NCBI GenBank assembly: GCA_044450965.1
Contig: JBIOJO010000006.1
Coordinates: forward strand, 22,459 to 86,458
Source: Elusimicrobiota bacterium
Lineage (GTDB): Bacteria > Elusimicrobiota > Elusimicrobia > UBA1565 > UBA9628
Length of the DNA: 64,000 nucleotides
Direction of reading: 5' to 3'
A model generated the notes under the pieces. The model had not been told where the DNA came from. It searched no databases and saw only the letters and a program-made list of their open reading frames with translations. Below are positions 10,102 through 19,800 of the stretch, piece after piece. The position numbers and the translations under genes were made by a program. Within the stretch, counting starts at the first letter, position 1. Each line of letters starts with the position of its first letter.

Positions 10102-12447
10102 GTGAAGCGTTGCGCGTGCGTGCACGGCCATTTCTACCAGCCCCCGCGGGAAAACCCGTGGACCGGGGCCGTCGAGCGCCAGCCGTCGGCCGGGCGCGAC
10201 CACGACTGGAACGCCCGCATCGCGCGCGAATGCTACGTCCCCAACGGCGAGGCGCGCGTCCTGGACGGCGCGGGCCGGATCGCAGATCTGGTGGACAACT
10301 ACGCGTGGATGTCCTTCAACTTCGGGCCCACCTTGCTGGCCTGGTTCGAGACCGCGCATCCCCACGCCTACGCGCGCCTGCTGGAGGCCGACCGCGAGAG
10401 CGCCGCGCGCCTGGACGGCCACGGCAACGCGATGGCCCAGGCCTTCCACCATTCGATCCTGCCGCTGGCCCACCCGCGCGACCGCGCCACGGAAATCCGC
10501 TGGGGGCTGGCCGATTTCGAGAGCCGCTTCAAGCGCAAGTCCGAGGGCCTGTGGCTTCCGGAGTGCGCGGCCGACGACGCGACCTTGGCGGCGGCCGCGG
10601 CGGAGGGCGTGAAGTTCGTGATCCTGGAGCCGCAGCAGGCCGAAGCGGTGCGCCCGCTCAGGGGCAAGGACTGGTCCCCGGCCGGCAAGGTCCTGCGGAC
10701 CGGAACGCCGTACCTCTGGCGAGGCGAAGACGGCTCCAGCCTGGCGATTTTCTTTTACGACGGAGCCCTGTCCCGCGCGGTCGCGTTCGAGCACGCGATG
10801 CGGGACAGCCGTTCCTACGCCAAGCGCCTGTCGGCCTTGTCGCAGCCGACGGCCGAGGGCTCCCTGGCCCTGGCCGCCACCGACGGCGAAAGCTACGGTC
10901 ATCACGAGGCGTTCGCCGAGATGGGCCTGGCGCATCTTCTGCGCTACGCCCTCCCGGAGCAGGGCCTGACGCCGGTCAATCCGGGCTGGTACCTGGCCGG
11001 CCATCCGCCGCGCTACGAGGTGAAGCTGAAGTCCGGCGGCACCTCGTGGAGCTGCGCTCACGGCATCGAGCGCTGGCGCTCCGACTGCGGCTGCGGCGGG
11101 ATCGAAGGCCGCCATCAGCGCTGGCGCGCCCCCCTGCGCGACGCGCTGAACGCCCTGCGCGAGCGCCTGGCGGGACTGTACGAGGAAAAGTCGAGGGGGC
11201 TCCTGACCGACCCCTGGGCGGCCCGCGACGCGTACCTGGCCGTCGCGCTGGACCGCTCCGACGCGTCCGTGGACCGCTTCCTGGCCGCCCACGCGCCCGA
11301 GGCGCGGGAAGAAGGTTCGCGCGTGCGCGCCCTCCAGCTGCTGGAGATGCAGCGCCACGCGCTGATGATGTTCACCAGCTGCGGCTGGTTCTTCGACGAG
11401 CTGTCGCGTCTGGAGCCGTCCCAGATTCTGCTTTACGCGGCGCGCGCGCTGGAGCTGGCCCGCGTCTTCGGCGGGGATTATGAGCCGGAATTCGTGGCCG
11501 CGCTGGAGCGGGCGCCCAGCAACGAGCCGGAATTCGGCGACGGGGCGGGAATATGGAAGAAGCTGGTCAAGCCGCACGCGCACAGCCTTGATCACGTGGC
11601 CGCCCACTACGCGGTGGGGCTGCTGTTCGAGGACAAGCCTCCGACGGAGATTCAGGGGCGCGCGGTGCGCTGCGAGCGCTTCACCCGCCGGGCCGAGGGC
11701 GGCGTCACGGTCGCCGCCGGCCGCGCCGAATTCGTGGAAAGCACGACGCGCGAGCGCTGGACGCGCTCGTTCTTCGCGGCGGTGCTGCCGGGACAGCGCG
11801 TGCAGGCCTACGTCTGCGGCGGAGAGATTCCCGAAGCGAGCTTCGATCTTTTGATGTCGGACGCCGCGCAGGGAACGACGTCCTGCCCCCTTCCCCCCGG
11901 CCGCCATTTCCTCCTGCGCGATCTTCGCCCGGACGAGCGCGAGAAGGTGCTCAGCCTGGTGCTCAAGCGCCGCCTGAACCGCTGGGAGTCCAGCGCGCTG
12001 GAGCTACTGGAGGAGACCTTGCCCCTCGTCGAGCAGTTCCACGGCCTGGGCCTGCCTCTGCCCGCGGGCCTCAACGCGGAAACCCGCCTGATCCAGGCCC
12101 ACGTGCTGGCGTACATCGCGGGGCGCTTCGCCCAGGGCGCGCCCGGCGCTCTGGCCGAGCTTCGGGCCGCGATGGCGCGCGGCCGCGCGGCCGGCGTGGA
12201 GCCTTTCCCCGCCTACATCGAAGCCCCCTGGGAGCGCGGCATGACCCGCCTCCTGGACGAGCTGGCCGCGGATTTCAGCGCGGGGCTGCTCCAGGAGCTG
12301 ATCGACGCCGCGGCCGCGGCCGCCGAGGCGGACGTCAAGGACTGGCTTCCGGCCGCGCAGACGCGGTTCTTCCGGATGTGGAAGGAGCGCGGCGGCGAGT
12401 CCCCTCTCGCGCGGCGGGCGGCGGCGGCCTTGGGACTGGCCGTCTAG
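10102..12447 (+). CDS. glycoside hydrolase family 57 protein with long C-terminal region
   Basis: GTG start inside ORF 8491..12447. CVHGHFYQPPRENPW, then LWLPECA and ATDGESYGHHE, match GH57 active-site regions. The upstream part of the ORF is antisense to the cyclase. Confidence 0.8.
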   Translation: MKRCACVHGHFYQPPRENPWTGAVERQPSAGRDHDWNARIARECYVPNGEARVLDGAGRIADLVDNYAWMSFNFGPTLLAWFETAHPHAYARLLEADRESAARLDGHGNAMAQAFHHSILPLAHPRDRATEIRWGLADFESRFKRKSEGLWLPECAADDATLAAAAAEGVKFVILEPQQAEAVRPLRGKDWSPAGKVLRTGTPYLWRGEDGSSLAIFFYDGALSRAVAFEHAMRDSRSYAKRLSALSQPTAEGSLALAATDGESYGHHEAFAEMGLAHLLRYALPEQGLTPVNPGWYLAGHPPRYEVKLKSGGTSWSCAHGIERWRSDCGCGGIEGRHQRWRAPLRDALNALRERLAGLYEEKSRGLLTDPWAARDAYLAVALDRSDASVDRFLAAHAPEAREEGSRVRALQLLEMQRHALMMFTSCGWFFDELSRLEPSQILLYAARALELARVFGGDYEPEFVAALERAPSNEPEFGDGAGIWKKLVKPHAHSLDHVAAHYAVGLLFEDKPPTEIQGRAVRCERFTRRAEGGVTVAAGRAEFVESTTRERWTRSFFAAVLPGQRVQAYVCGGEIPEASFDLLMSDAAQGTTSCPLPPGRHFLLRDLRPDEREKVLSLVLKRRLNRWESSALELLEETLPLVEQFHGLGLPLPAGLNAETRLIQAHVLAYIAGRFAQGAPGALAELRAAMARGRAAGVEPFPAYIEAPWERGMTRLLDELAADFSAGLLQELIDAAAAAAEADVKDWLPAAQTRFFRMWKERGGESPLARRAAAALGLAV

Positions 12448-13430
12448 CGCGTCGGAATCGCGCGCAGTTCTTCGCGGAAGTAGTGGATCAGCGACGGCGC
12501 GAGGATGACCCCGGTCACGCCCATCAGCGCCTCGCCCACCAGGAGGCCGACGAGGGTCGCCCAGGTCGGGGTCTCGATGCGCGCGCCGACGATGCGGCCG
12601 TTCAGGAAATACTCCGCCTTGTGGATCACCACCAGGTAGATCAGCGCCGCCACGGCCATGTGATCGGAGCGGGACAGCGCGGCGGCGACGATCAGCCCGT
12701 TGCTGGCCAGGTTGCCGGCGATGGGGACCATCCCGCAGAGAAAGGTGGCCAAGGTCAGCATGGTGCGGAAAGGGATTCCGACCACGAAGAGAAAGACCAG
12801 GGTCACGCCGGTGTTGATGGCCGAGATCAGAACCTGGGCGCCCATCACCCGGTCGAAGCTGCCGGTGAACAGCGCGAGACGGTCGGAGCACTCGCGCATG
12901 AACTCGGCCTCAAGCCCTTTTTTCACCGGGTTCTCCGGCAGGACCGGCGCCAGGAAGCGCAGCACCGCGACGGCGAGCGCGGCGAGGATCTGGAAGAAGC
13001 CGCGCGTCAGCAGGCCGCTGGCGGCCGTGATCGACTGCGCGTGGTCCTTGGCGGTCGTCAGGATGAAGGAGCGCAGGTCCGAGACGTTGTCCACGGGAAG
13101 GTCCACCCCGAAGCGGTTCGAGAGCGAGTCCAGCCTGGGTAGAACACGGTCGAGCAGCAGGGGCAGGCGCGACAGGCCGATGCGCACGAAGGTCATGAAG
13201 ATCAGAGCCAGCAGGCCGCCCAGAACCACGAAGAGCGCGATCGAGACGCAGCGCGACACCAGCGGCGACGCGCCGGCGTCGCGCAGGCCGAGGTTGGCCT
13301 GGTTCAGGATCATGGTCGCGAACAGGCCGGCGACCAGCGCCGCGCCGAGGTGGAAGCGCGTGACGGCGACCAGCGCCAGGAGAACGACCAGGTAGGACGC
13401 CTTGCGCGCGTCGGAAAGGGAAGGGACCAT
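12444..13430 (-). CDS. AI-2E family transporter (PerM-like permease)
   Basis: C-terminal 328 aa of ORF 12444..15827. Multiple TM helices and a conserved ...GMVPIAGN... region. An alternative start at 13523 would add 31 aa. Confidence 0.75.
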   Translation of the reverse strand: MVPSLSDARKASYLVVLLALVAVTRFHLGAALVAGLFATMILNQANLGLRDAGASPLVSRCVSIALFVVLGGLLALIFMTFVRIGLSRLPLLLDRVLPRLDSLSNRFGVDLPVDNVSDLRSFILTTAKDHAQSITAASGLLTRGFFQILAALAVAVLRFLAPVLPENPVKKGLEAEFMRECSDRLALFTGSFDRVMGAQVLISAINTGVTLVFLFVVGIPFRTMLTLATFLCGMVPIAGNLASNGLIVAAALSRSDHMAVAALIYLVVIHKAEYFLNGRIVGARIETPTWATLVGLLVGEALMGVTGVILAPSLIHYFREELRAIPTR

Positions 13431-13562
13431 GGCGAGCAGAATAGCAATTAATCCGCCGCGCTCCGAGCGGGCCCAGCGCGCGCCGGGCCATTTGTCCCCT
13501 CCGCGTCGGGCCCTTCGGCTCATCTGGTAGCGCCGGTCAGATCGTAGAATCGATGCACCCTC

Positions 13563-16004
13563 ATGAAAATCACTCTTCTCCTCCTCGTCGCGCTCCTCGC
13601 CGCCGGCGCGCCCGCGTCCGCGCAGATCGTCGGCGCGATGGGCGCCGCGGAGCACGCGGTTCCCGGAGCTCCGGTCGGCCCGGCGCTGAACTTCACCGCC
13701 ACCCCGGCCCAGCTCAACGAGCGCTACCTGACGGCCACGGCGGGACTGGACGCGGCGCTGAAGGGGATCGCGGCCGTGGCGCCCGAAGCGGCGAATTTCC
13801 AGAACACGGTGAAGGCCTACGAGCTGGCGACCGCCGCTTGGTCCCGCGAGATGTACCCCATCCAGTTCCTCACCGCCGTCTCCCCCGATCCGGCTCTGCG
13901 CGCCGCGGCCGCCGAGCTGGAGAAGAAGATGAACGAGTACAGCGTCGCCATGTCCCAGCGCGAGGACCTGTACCGGCAGTTCGAACGGGCCGCCGCGGCG
14001 GGCGAAAAGCTGGACCCGGCCGACGCCCGTCTCCTGGACCGGACGGTCACCGGGTTCCGCGAGAACGGCTTCGCTCTGTCGGCGGCCCAGCGCGAGAAGC
14101 TGGCGGCCATCCAGAACCGGCTGAGCGATCTGTCCAGCGAGTTCGGCCGCAACATCGACGACAAGAAGGAGTCCCTGCTGGTCGGCGAGGACGGCGTGAA
14201 AGGCCTGCCCGCCGATTTCGTCGCGACGCTGGAGAAGGGCGCCGACGGGCGCTACGCGATCCCGGTGGACGAGCCCAGCCTGGTGACCTACATGCGATTC
14301 GCGGAGAACGCCGAACACCGCAAGTCCATGCTCATTAAGTTCGACAACCGCGGGGGCGAGAAGAACCTGGTGCTTCTGCACGAGGCGCTGACCTTGCGCC
14401 GCGACATGGCGCAGCTCCTGGGCCACAAGAGCTACTCCGAGATGGTGATGAAGGACCGCATGGCCGGCACGCCCGAGCGCGTGTACGAATTCCTGAACCG
14501 GGTGAAGGACGCGGTCGTGGAGCGCGCGCGCAAGGACCTGGGCGAGCTGCTGGAGATGAAGCGCCGGGACGACGCGTCGGCCTCGCAGGTGTTCGCCTGG
14601 GAGCGGTCCTTCTACGCCCGGAAGCTCCGCGAAGAGCGCTACGCGCTGGATTCCGAGGCCGTCAAGCAGTACTTCCCGGTGGACCGGGTCGTCGAAGGGA
14701 CGATGAACGTCTACCAGCGCACCTTGGGCGTGACCTTCCGCGAGCTGGCCGGCGGGCCGACGTGGGCTCCCGGCGTGCGCCTGTTCGAGATCTCCGACGC
14801 GAAGTCGGGCAAGCGCATCGGCCACTTCTACCTGGACCTGACGCCGCGCGACGGCAAGCACGGGCACCCGGCCGCGTATCCGATCGTGGCGGGATCCGTG
14901 CGCGCCGACGGCGCCTACGAGGAGCCCGTCGCCGCGATGGTCGCCGATTTCCCGAAGGCCGCCCCGGGCCAGCCGCCCCTCCTTTCCCACGGCGACGTGG
15001 AGACGTTCTTCCACGAGTTCGGCCACCTGATGCACCAGACCTTGACCACGGCGCGCTACGCCTCCTATTCCGGCTCCTCGGTCGCGCTGGATTTCGTCGA
15101 GGCGCCTTCTCAGATGCTGGAGAACTTCATCTGGGAGCGCAACGTGCTGGACGAGCTCTCCGGCCACTGGAAGGACGGCGCCAAGCTTCCGCAGGACCTC
15201 TACGAGAAGATGCTGGCGTCGCGCTCCTTCATGGAAGGCGCGTCCTACGCCGGACAGGTCGCCTACGCGCTGGGCGACCTGGTCCTGCACGACTCCGTGC
15301 CGGCGGACGTGTCGGCCGCGTTCGACAAGATCGTCTCCGGGATCACCGGCGTGCCCACGGTGGACGGCACGCATTTCGTCGGAAGCTTCGACCATCTGAT
15401 GGGCGGTTACGGCGCCGGCTATTACGCGTACCTGTGGTCGAAGGTTTTCGCCCAGGACATCTACACCGTGTTCAAGGCCGACGGCGTGATCTCCCCCGCC
15501 GTGGGCGCGCGCTACCGCAAGGAAATCCTGGAGGTCGGCTCCGAGCGCCCGGAGATGGACTCCCTGCGCGCCTTCCTGGGCCGGGAGCCCAGCGAGGACG
15601 CCTTCATGCGCGAGGTCCGCGGCGAGGCGGCCGCGCCCGTCGCTCCCGCCAAGCCCGCGACGGGACTCTCCCCCGCCGCGCAAGCCGCGTTCGACGCGGC
15701 GTCGGCGCGCGTGGGCGCGCTGCCCGAGGGCGTGACCGTGGAGATCGTCCCGCATTTCCGCGAGGACAATCCCCAGGTGATCATCCGCGTGGACGGGCGC
15801 GTCGCCTACTTCGAGTACCTGTATCACTCGGAGTCGAACCTGGCGCGGCTACGCCGCGTGTGGTGGAACCCTCTGACCTGGTTCGGGCCGCGCCATCCGT
15901 CGAGCGATCTGTCTCAGCGCTTCGAGGCCGCGCTGCTGCTCGCCCGCGAGGGCTCCGCGCGCGTCCGCGCGCGCCAGGCCGCGCAAGGCGTCGCGCGACG
16001 CTGA
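13563..16004 (+). CDS. secreted M3-family zinc metallopeptidase (oligopeptidase A/Dcp-like) with extra C-terminal region
   Basis: Signal peptide MKITLLLLVALLAAGAPASA. Zinc motif FFHEFGHLMH. At 813 aa it is about 125 aa longer than usual at the C-terminus. Confidence 0.85.
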   Translation: MKITLLLLVALLAAGAPASAQIVGAMGAAEHAVPGAPVGPALNFTATPAQLNERYLTATAGLDAALKGIAAVAPEAANFQNTVKAYELATAAWSREMYPIQFLTAVSPDPALRAAAAELEKKMNEYSVAMSQREDLYRQFERAAAAGEKLDPADARLLDRTVTGFRENGFALSAAQREKLAAIQNRLSDLSSEFGRNIDDKKESLLVGEDGVKGLPADFVATLEKGADGRYAIPVDEPSLVTYMRFAENAEHRKSMLIKFDNRGGEKNLVLLHEALTLRRDMAQLLGHKSYSEMVMKDRMAGTPERVYEFLNRVKDAVVERARKDLGELLEMKRRDDASASQVFAWERSFYARKLREERYALDSEAVKQYFPVDRVVEGTMNVYQRTLGVTFRELAGGPTWAPGVRLFEISDAKSGKRIGHFYLDLTPRDGKHGHPAAYPIVAGSVRADGAYEEPVAAMVADFPKAAPGQPPLLSHGDVETFFHEFGHLMHQTLTTARYASYSGSSVALDFVEAPSQMLENFIWERNVLDELSGHWKDGAKLPQDLYEKMLASRSFMEGASYAGQVAYALGDLVLHDSVPADVSAAFDKIVSGITGVPTVDGTHFVGSFDHLMGGYGAGYYAYLWSKVFAQDIYTVFKADGVISPAVGARYRKEILEVGSERPEMDSLRAFLGREPSEDAFMREVRGEAAAPVAPAKPATGLSPAAQAAFDAASARVGALPEGVTVEIVPHFREDNPQVIIRVDGRVAYFEYLYHSESNLARLRRVWWNPLTWFGPRHPSSDLSQRFEAALLLAREGSARVRARQAAQGVARR

Positions 16005-16008
16005 GCCC

Positions 16009-16749
16009 GTGAATATCCGGGTCCACGAGGGCTCCGGGCCGACGTTGATCTATCTGCCGGGCCTGCACGGCGATTGGGGCCTGATCGGCGCGTTCCGCCG
16101 GGCGCTCGCCGGGCGCGTCCGCTTCGTCGAGCTGTCCTATCCTTTGGAGCCGCACGGGTTGGAGGAGCTGGCGGCGGCCGTAGAGGAGACGTTGGCCGCC
16201 GCGGGCGTCCGCTCCGGCTGGCTCTTGATGCAGTCGTTCGGCTCCCAGGTGGGTTGGGAGATGATCCGGCGCGGGTTCCGGGCGGACGGTGCGATCCTGG
16301 CCGGGGGGTTCGTCCGTCATCCGACGCCGTGGGGCGCCAGCCTGATGCGTCCGCTTCTGGACGGCCCGTGGTCGGCGGCATTGCGGCCGCCCTACCGCGC
16401 GATGACCTGGCTGGGCGGCGCGCTGTCGCGCCGGGATCCCGAGAGCGCCCGGGAGCTGGCGGCCTTCGCCGCCGGCCGGACCACGGCGCAATGGAAAGCC
16501 GCCGCCTGGCGCCTGCGCCTAGTGGCCGTCTCCGATCCGCGCTCGGTCGCCCGCGCCGCGACGATCCCCGTCTGGTATCTGGGCGGCGCGGTGGACCTGC
16601 TGGTGCCGTGGCCGTTCGTCGTGAATTGGCTCGCGCGGGAGTGCCCGGGATATAAGGGAAAAACGGTTTTCCCCTTCGCGGACCACAACGTCCTGGGCTC
16701 GGCGCCGAAGGAGTCCGTAGCGGCCGTTTTGGGCTGGCTGGCAGCCTGA
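16009..16749 (+). CDS. alpha/beta hydrolase fold protein
   Basis: GTG start 4 nt after the M3 peptidase stop. N-terminal LIYLPGLHGD, a nucleophile-elbow-like MQSFGSQ and C-terminal DHNV are consistent with an alpha/beta hydrolase. Confidence 0.55.
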   Translation: MNIRVHEGSGPTLIYLPGLHGDWGLIGAFRRALAGRVRFVELSYPLEPHGLEELAAAVEETLAAAGVRSGWLLMQSFGSQVGWEMIRRGFRADGAILAGGFVRHPTPWGASLMRPLLDGPWSAALRPPYRAMTWLGGALSRRDPESARELAAFAAGRTTAQWKAAAWRLRLVAVSDPRSVARAATIPVWYLGGAVDLLVPWPFVVNWLARECPGYKGKTVFPFADHNVLGSAPKESVAAVLGWLAA

Positions 16750-16751
16750 TT

Positions 16752-16785
16752 AAGGCCGTCGGCCCTCTGAAATAGGCCTTGTTTT
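16752..16785 (+). terminator. weak intrinsic-terminator-like hairpin after the hydrolase gene
   Basis: AAGGCC ... GGCCTT stem with a 17-nt loop, followed by GTTTT. Short stem and large loop. Confidence 0.25.
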
Positions 16786-16824
16786 CGCACGGTTTAAGAC
16801 CTACAGTGGGGATCGGGACTCCCC

Positions 16825-19800
16825 TTGTATAAAACGCGCCGAGCGTGGAATGCACTGCTTGCCGTGGCGGTTCTTTCGACCGCCGCCTTCGCCGCGGCGC
16901 CGTCGGGCGCCTGGACCTCAAGTCCCTCCCTCCCCCTGGGACGCATCAACGACTCGCTGGTCAACGTCAACGGCCTCTTATACTTGATCGGCGGCTATGT
17001 GGGCGCCCAGGAGTACCACAGCGTGCTGGCGTACGATCCCGTCGCCGGAACGTGGACCTACAAGACGCCGATGCCGACGGCGCGGCACGGAGTTCAGGCC
17101 GTCGCGATCAGCTCGACCATCTACGTCGCGGGCGGTTATTCTCAAATCGGCTCGCCGAATTATCTGACCGTGGTCGAGGCGTACGACACGGTCGCCGACA
17201 GCTGGACGACGAAGGCGTCGATGCCTGCCGGGATCACCGACGCCGCGTTCGCCACGGTCGGCGGCAAGCTGTACTCGTTCGGCGGAGCCTCCGCTGGGTT
17301 CTGCGGGAATTCCTCCTACGCGTACGATCCCGTGGCGGACTCCTGGTCGGCGAAAACGGCCATGCCCACGAGCCGCTGCGGCCCCCGGGCGGCGGTGTAC
17401 AACGGCAAGATTTACGTCATGGGCGGCCAGACCACGGGCAGCGCGGTCCTGTCCGCCGTCGAAGTGTACGACCCCGTCGGCAACTCGTGGACGACGGTCG
17501 CGCCGATGTCGCCGGGAATGGTGAATTTCGGAGCGGAAATCTCGGGCGGGACGATCTACGCCGTGGCCGGCACGACGAACGGCGGGGTGACGACGCCGTA
17601 CGTCCAGGCCTACGACCCCGTCGCGAATTCCTGGTCGCTCAAGTCCTCCGTCATGCCTTTCCCCCGGCTGTCGCTCGGCGTGGACGTGCTCAACGGTCGA
17701 ATCTACGTCGTCGGCGGGATCACCGGCAACAGTCAGGTCACGGGCTACGAGGTCCAGGCGTACGACACCGTCGCGGACACGTGGGTGGTGACGATGTCCG
17801 TTCTTCCCGGACCGCGCCGCGACGCGGCGTCGGTGATCGTCTCCAGCACCCTGTACGTCCTCGGCGGACAGAACGCGGACGGGGCCAGTTTCGACAATCA
17901 GTCGTTCGACATCGCGCGTGGCACGTGGGGATACTCCGCCCCCATGCCCGGCGCGCGCATTTCGCCCGTCGCCGCCGTTCTCGGCGGTCTGGTGTATCAA
18001 GCGGGCGGGCTGACGACGTCCACGGCCGCGGCGGCGAACCTCTGGTCCTACGATCCCGTCGCGGACGCGTGGACCGTGAAGGCCGCCATGCCCGCCGCGG
18101 GTGCCTGCGGCGCGGCCGGAACGATCTCCGGAAAACTCTACGTCTTGACGTCCTGCGACGGCACGGCGGGCGGCACCAAGGCGCTCTATGCCTACACCCC
18201 GGGCGCCAACACTTGGGCGACTCTGGCCTCGGCCCCCAACGTCCACCGCTACCCGGCGTCCGGCGTCATCAACGGCCTGCTATACGTCGCCGGAGGAACC
18301 GACGGCGGCGGCGCCGCTTCGGCCGTCGTCGACGTCTACGACCCTGTGGCGGGGACGTGGACGACGAAATCGTCGATGCCCTCGGCGCGGACGGGCGCCG
18401 CAAGCGGGGTCATCGGCAATCAGCTCTATGCGGCCGGCGGGACCGTCGCGGGGAACCCCGCGGGATCGATCGCGGTCTATGACCCCGTCAACGATGTCTG
18501 GGCGGCGGCCGGGTCGTCCCTGCCGACGCCACGCGCCTCCGCGTCAGGCGCGGTCCGGGGATCGAATTTCTACGTTTCCGGCGGGAGCACCGGCACGGTC
18601 GCGTCGAATGCGGTCGAGAAATTCACCTTGGTCCCGACCTTGGGCTCGTTGTCCGTCTCGCCCGCGGCCGCCGTGATCGGTGCGGGCGCTATAAGTCAGT
18701 TTTCCGCGCAAGGGACGTGGACCGACGGCTCCTCGCAGCCCGCGGCCGTGACGTGGTCCGTCGACGTTTCGTCCGTCGCCTCGGTGTCCGCTTCCGGCCT
18801 GCTGACCGGTCTCTCCGGAGGCACGGCGCGCGTGATCGCCTCGAGCGGCGTCGTGACGGGCGCGGCGCTGGTGACGGTGTCGAGCGGAACGGCGGCCGTG
18901 CTGACGTCCCTCACGGTGGCGCCCTCGAGCGCCGCGATCACGGTCGGCGGGACCCAAGCCTACGCGGCGACGGGACACTTCAGCGACGGCTCGTCGCGGG
19001 CGGCCAACGGACTGCCGGGCGCATGGACGCGGGGCCCGAACATGCCGCACGCGCACCTGTACGGCGCGGCGACTTCCATGGGCGGACGCTATTACGTGTT
19101 CGGAGGCCAGTTTTCGCAGACGAGCGAGGTCTACGATCCCGCGACGAGCAGTTGGACCGCGTTGACACCGCCGCCGATCAACCGCGCCCAGGGGCCGGCC
19201 GTCGCCGTCGGGTCGGTCGTGTACGTGCTGGGCGGCTGCATCAACGCCGACTGCTCGGCGCTGCCCACCGCCGCCGTCTGGGCCTACGACACGGCGACCG
19301 ACTCATGGACGATCCGGGCCTCCCTCCCCGCGGCGCGCCAGGGCATGACGGCGGACGTGATCGGAGGGAAGATCTACGCGGCGGGCGGCTACGTCGGGAA
19401 TTACGTGCCCAGCGCGGCGCTGACGGTCTATGATCCGGTCGCCGACGCCTGGACGACGAAGGCGTCGATGCCGTTCGCGCGGGCCAACGGCGGGGGCGGC
19501 GCGGCTGGCGGCAAAATGTACTTCGCGGGCGGAAGCAGCAGCGGGTTCGGCCAGGCGGCCGCGCCGCAGTCCGACGTGATGGCTTACGATCCGGCCGCCG
19601 ACAGCTGGACCATCCGGGCGCCGCTACCCTTGCCGGTCGGCTACAGCGGCGGCGCGGCGCTGAACGGCAAGATTTATCTGGCGGGAGGCATCAACACGCC
19701 GACGGGAGCCGCGTCCACCGCGACGTGGGTCTATGATCCAGGAACCAACGCGTGGAGCGCGGGGCCGCCGACGAACGATCCGCGGGAGTTCCCCGCGATG

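Noticed and set aside
13431-15827. N-terminal ~800 aa of the 1127-aa minus-strand ORF
   Set aside because: It is antisense to the M3 peptidase (HEFGH). Only the last 328-359 aa look like an AI-2E permease.
16845-18482. 545-aa alternative-frame ORF inside the Kelch gene, plus several others (16978-18246 minus, 18717-19433 plus)
   Set aside because: The Kelch/Big_2 frame has clear repeat architecture and high GC3. The alternatives are Arg/Gly-rich shadows.
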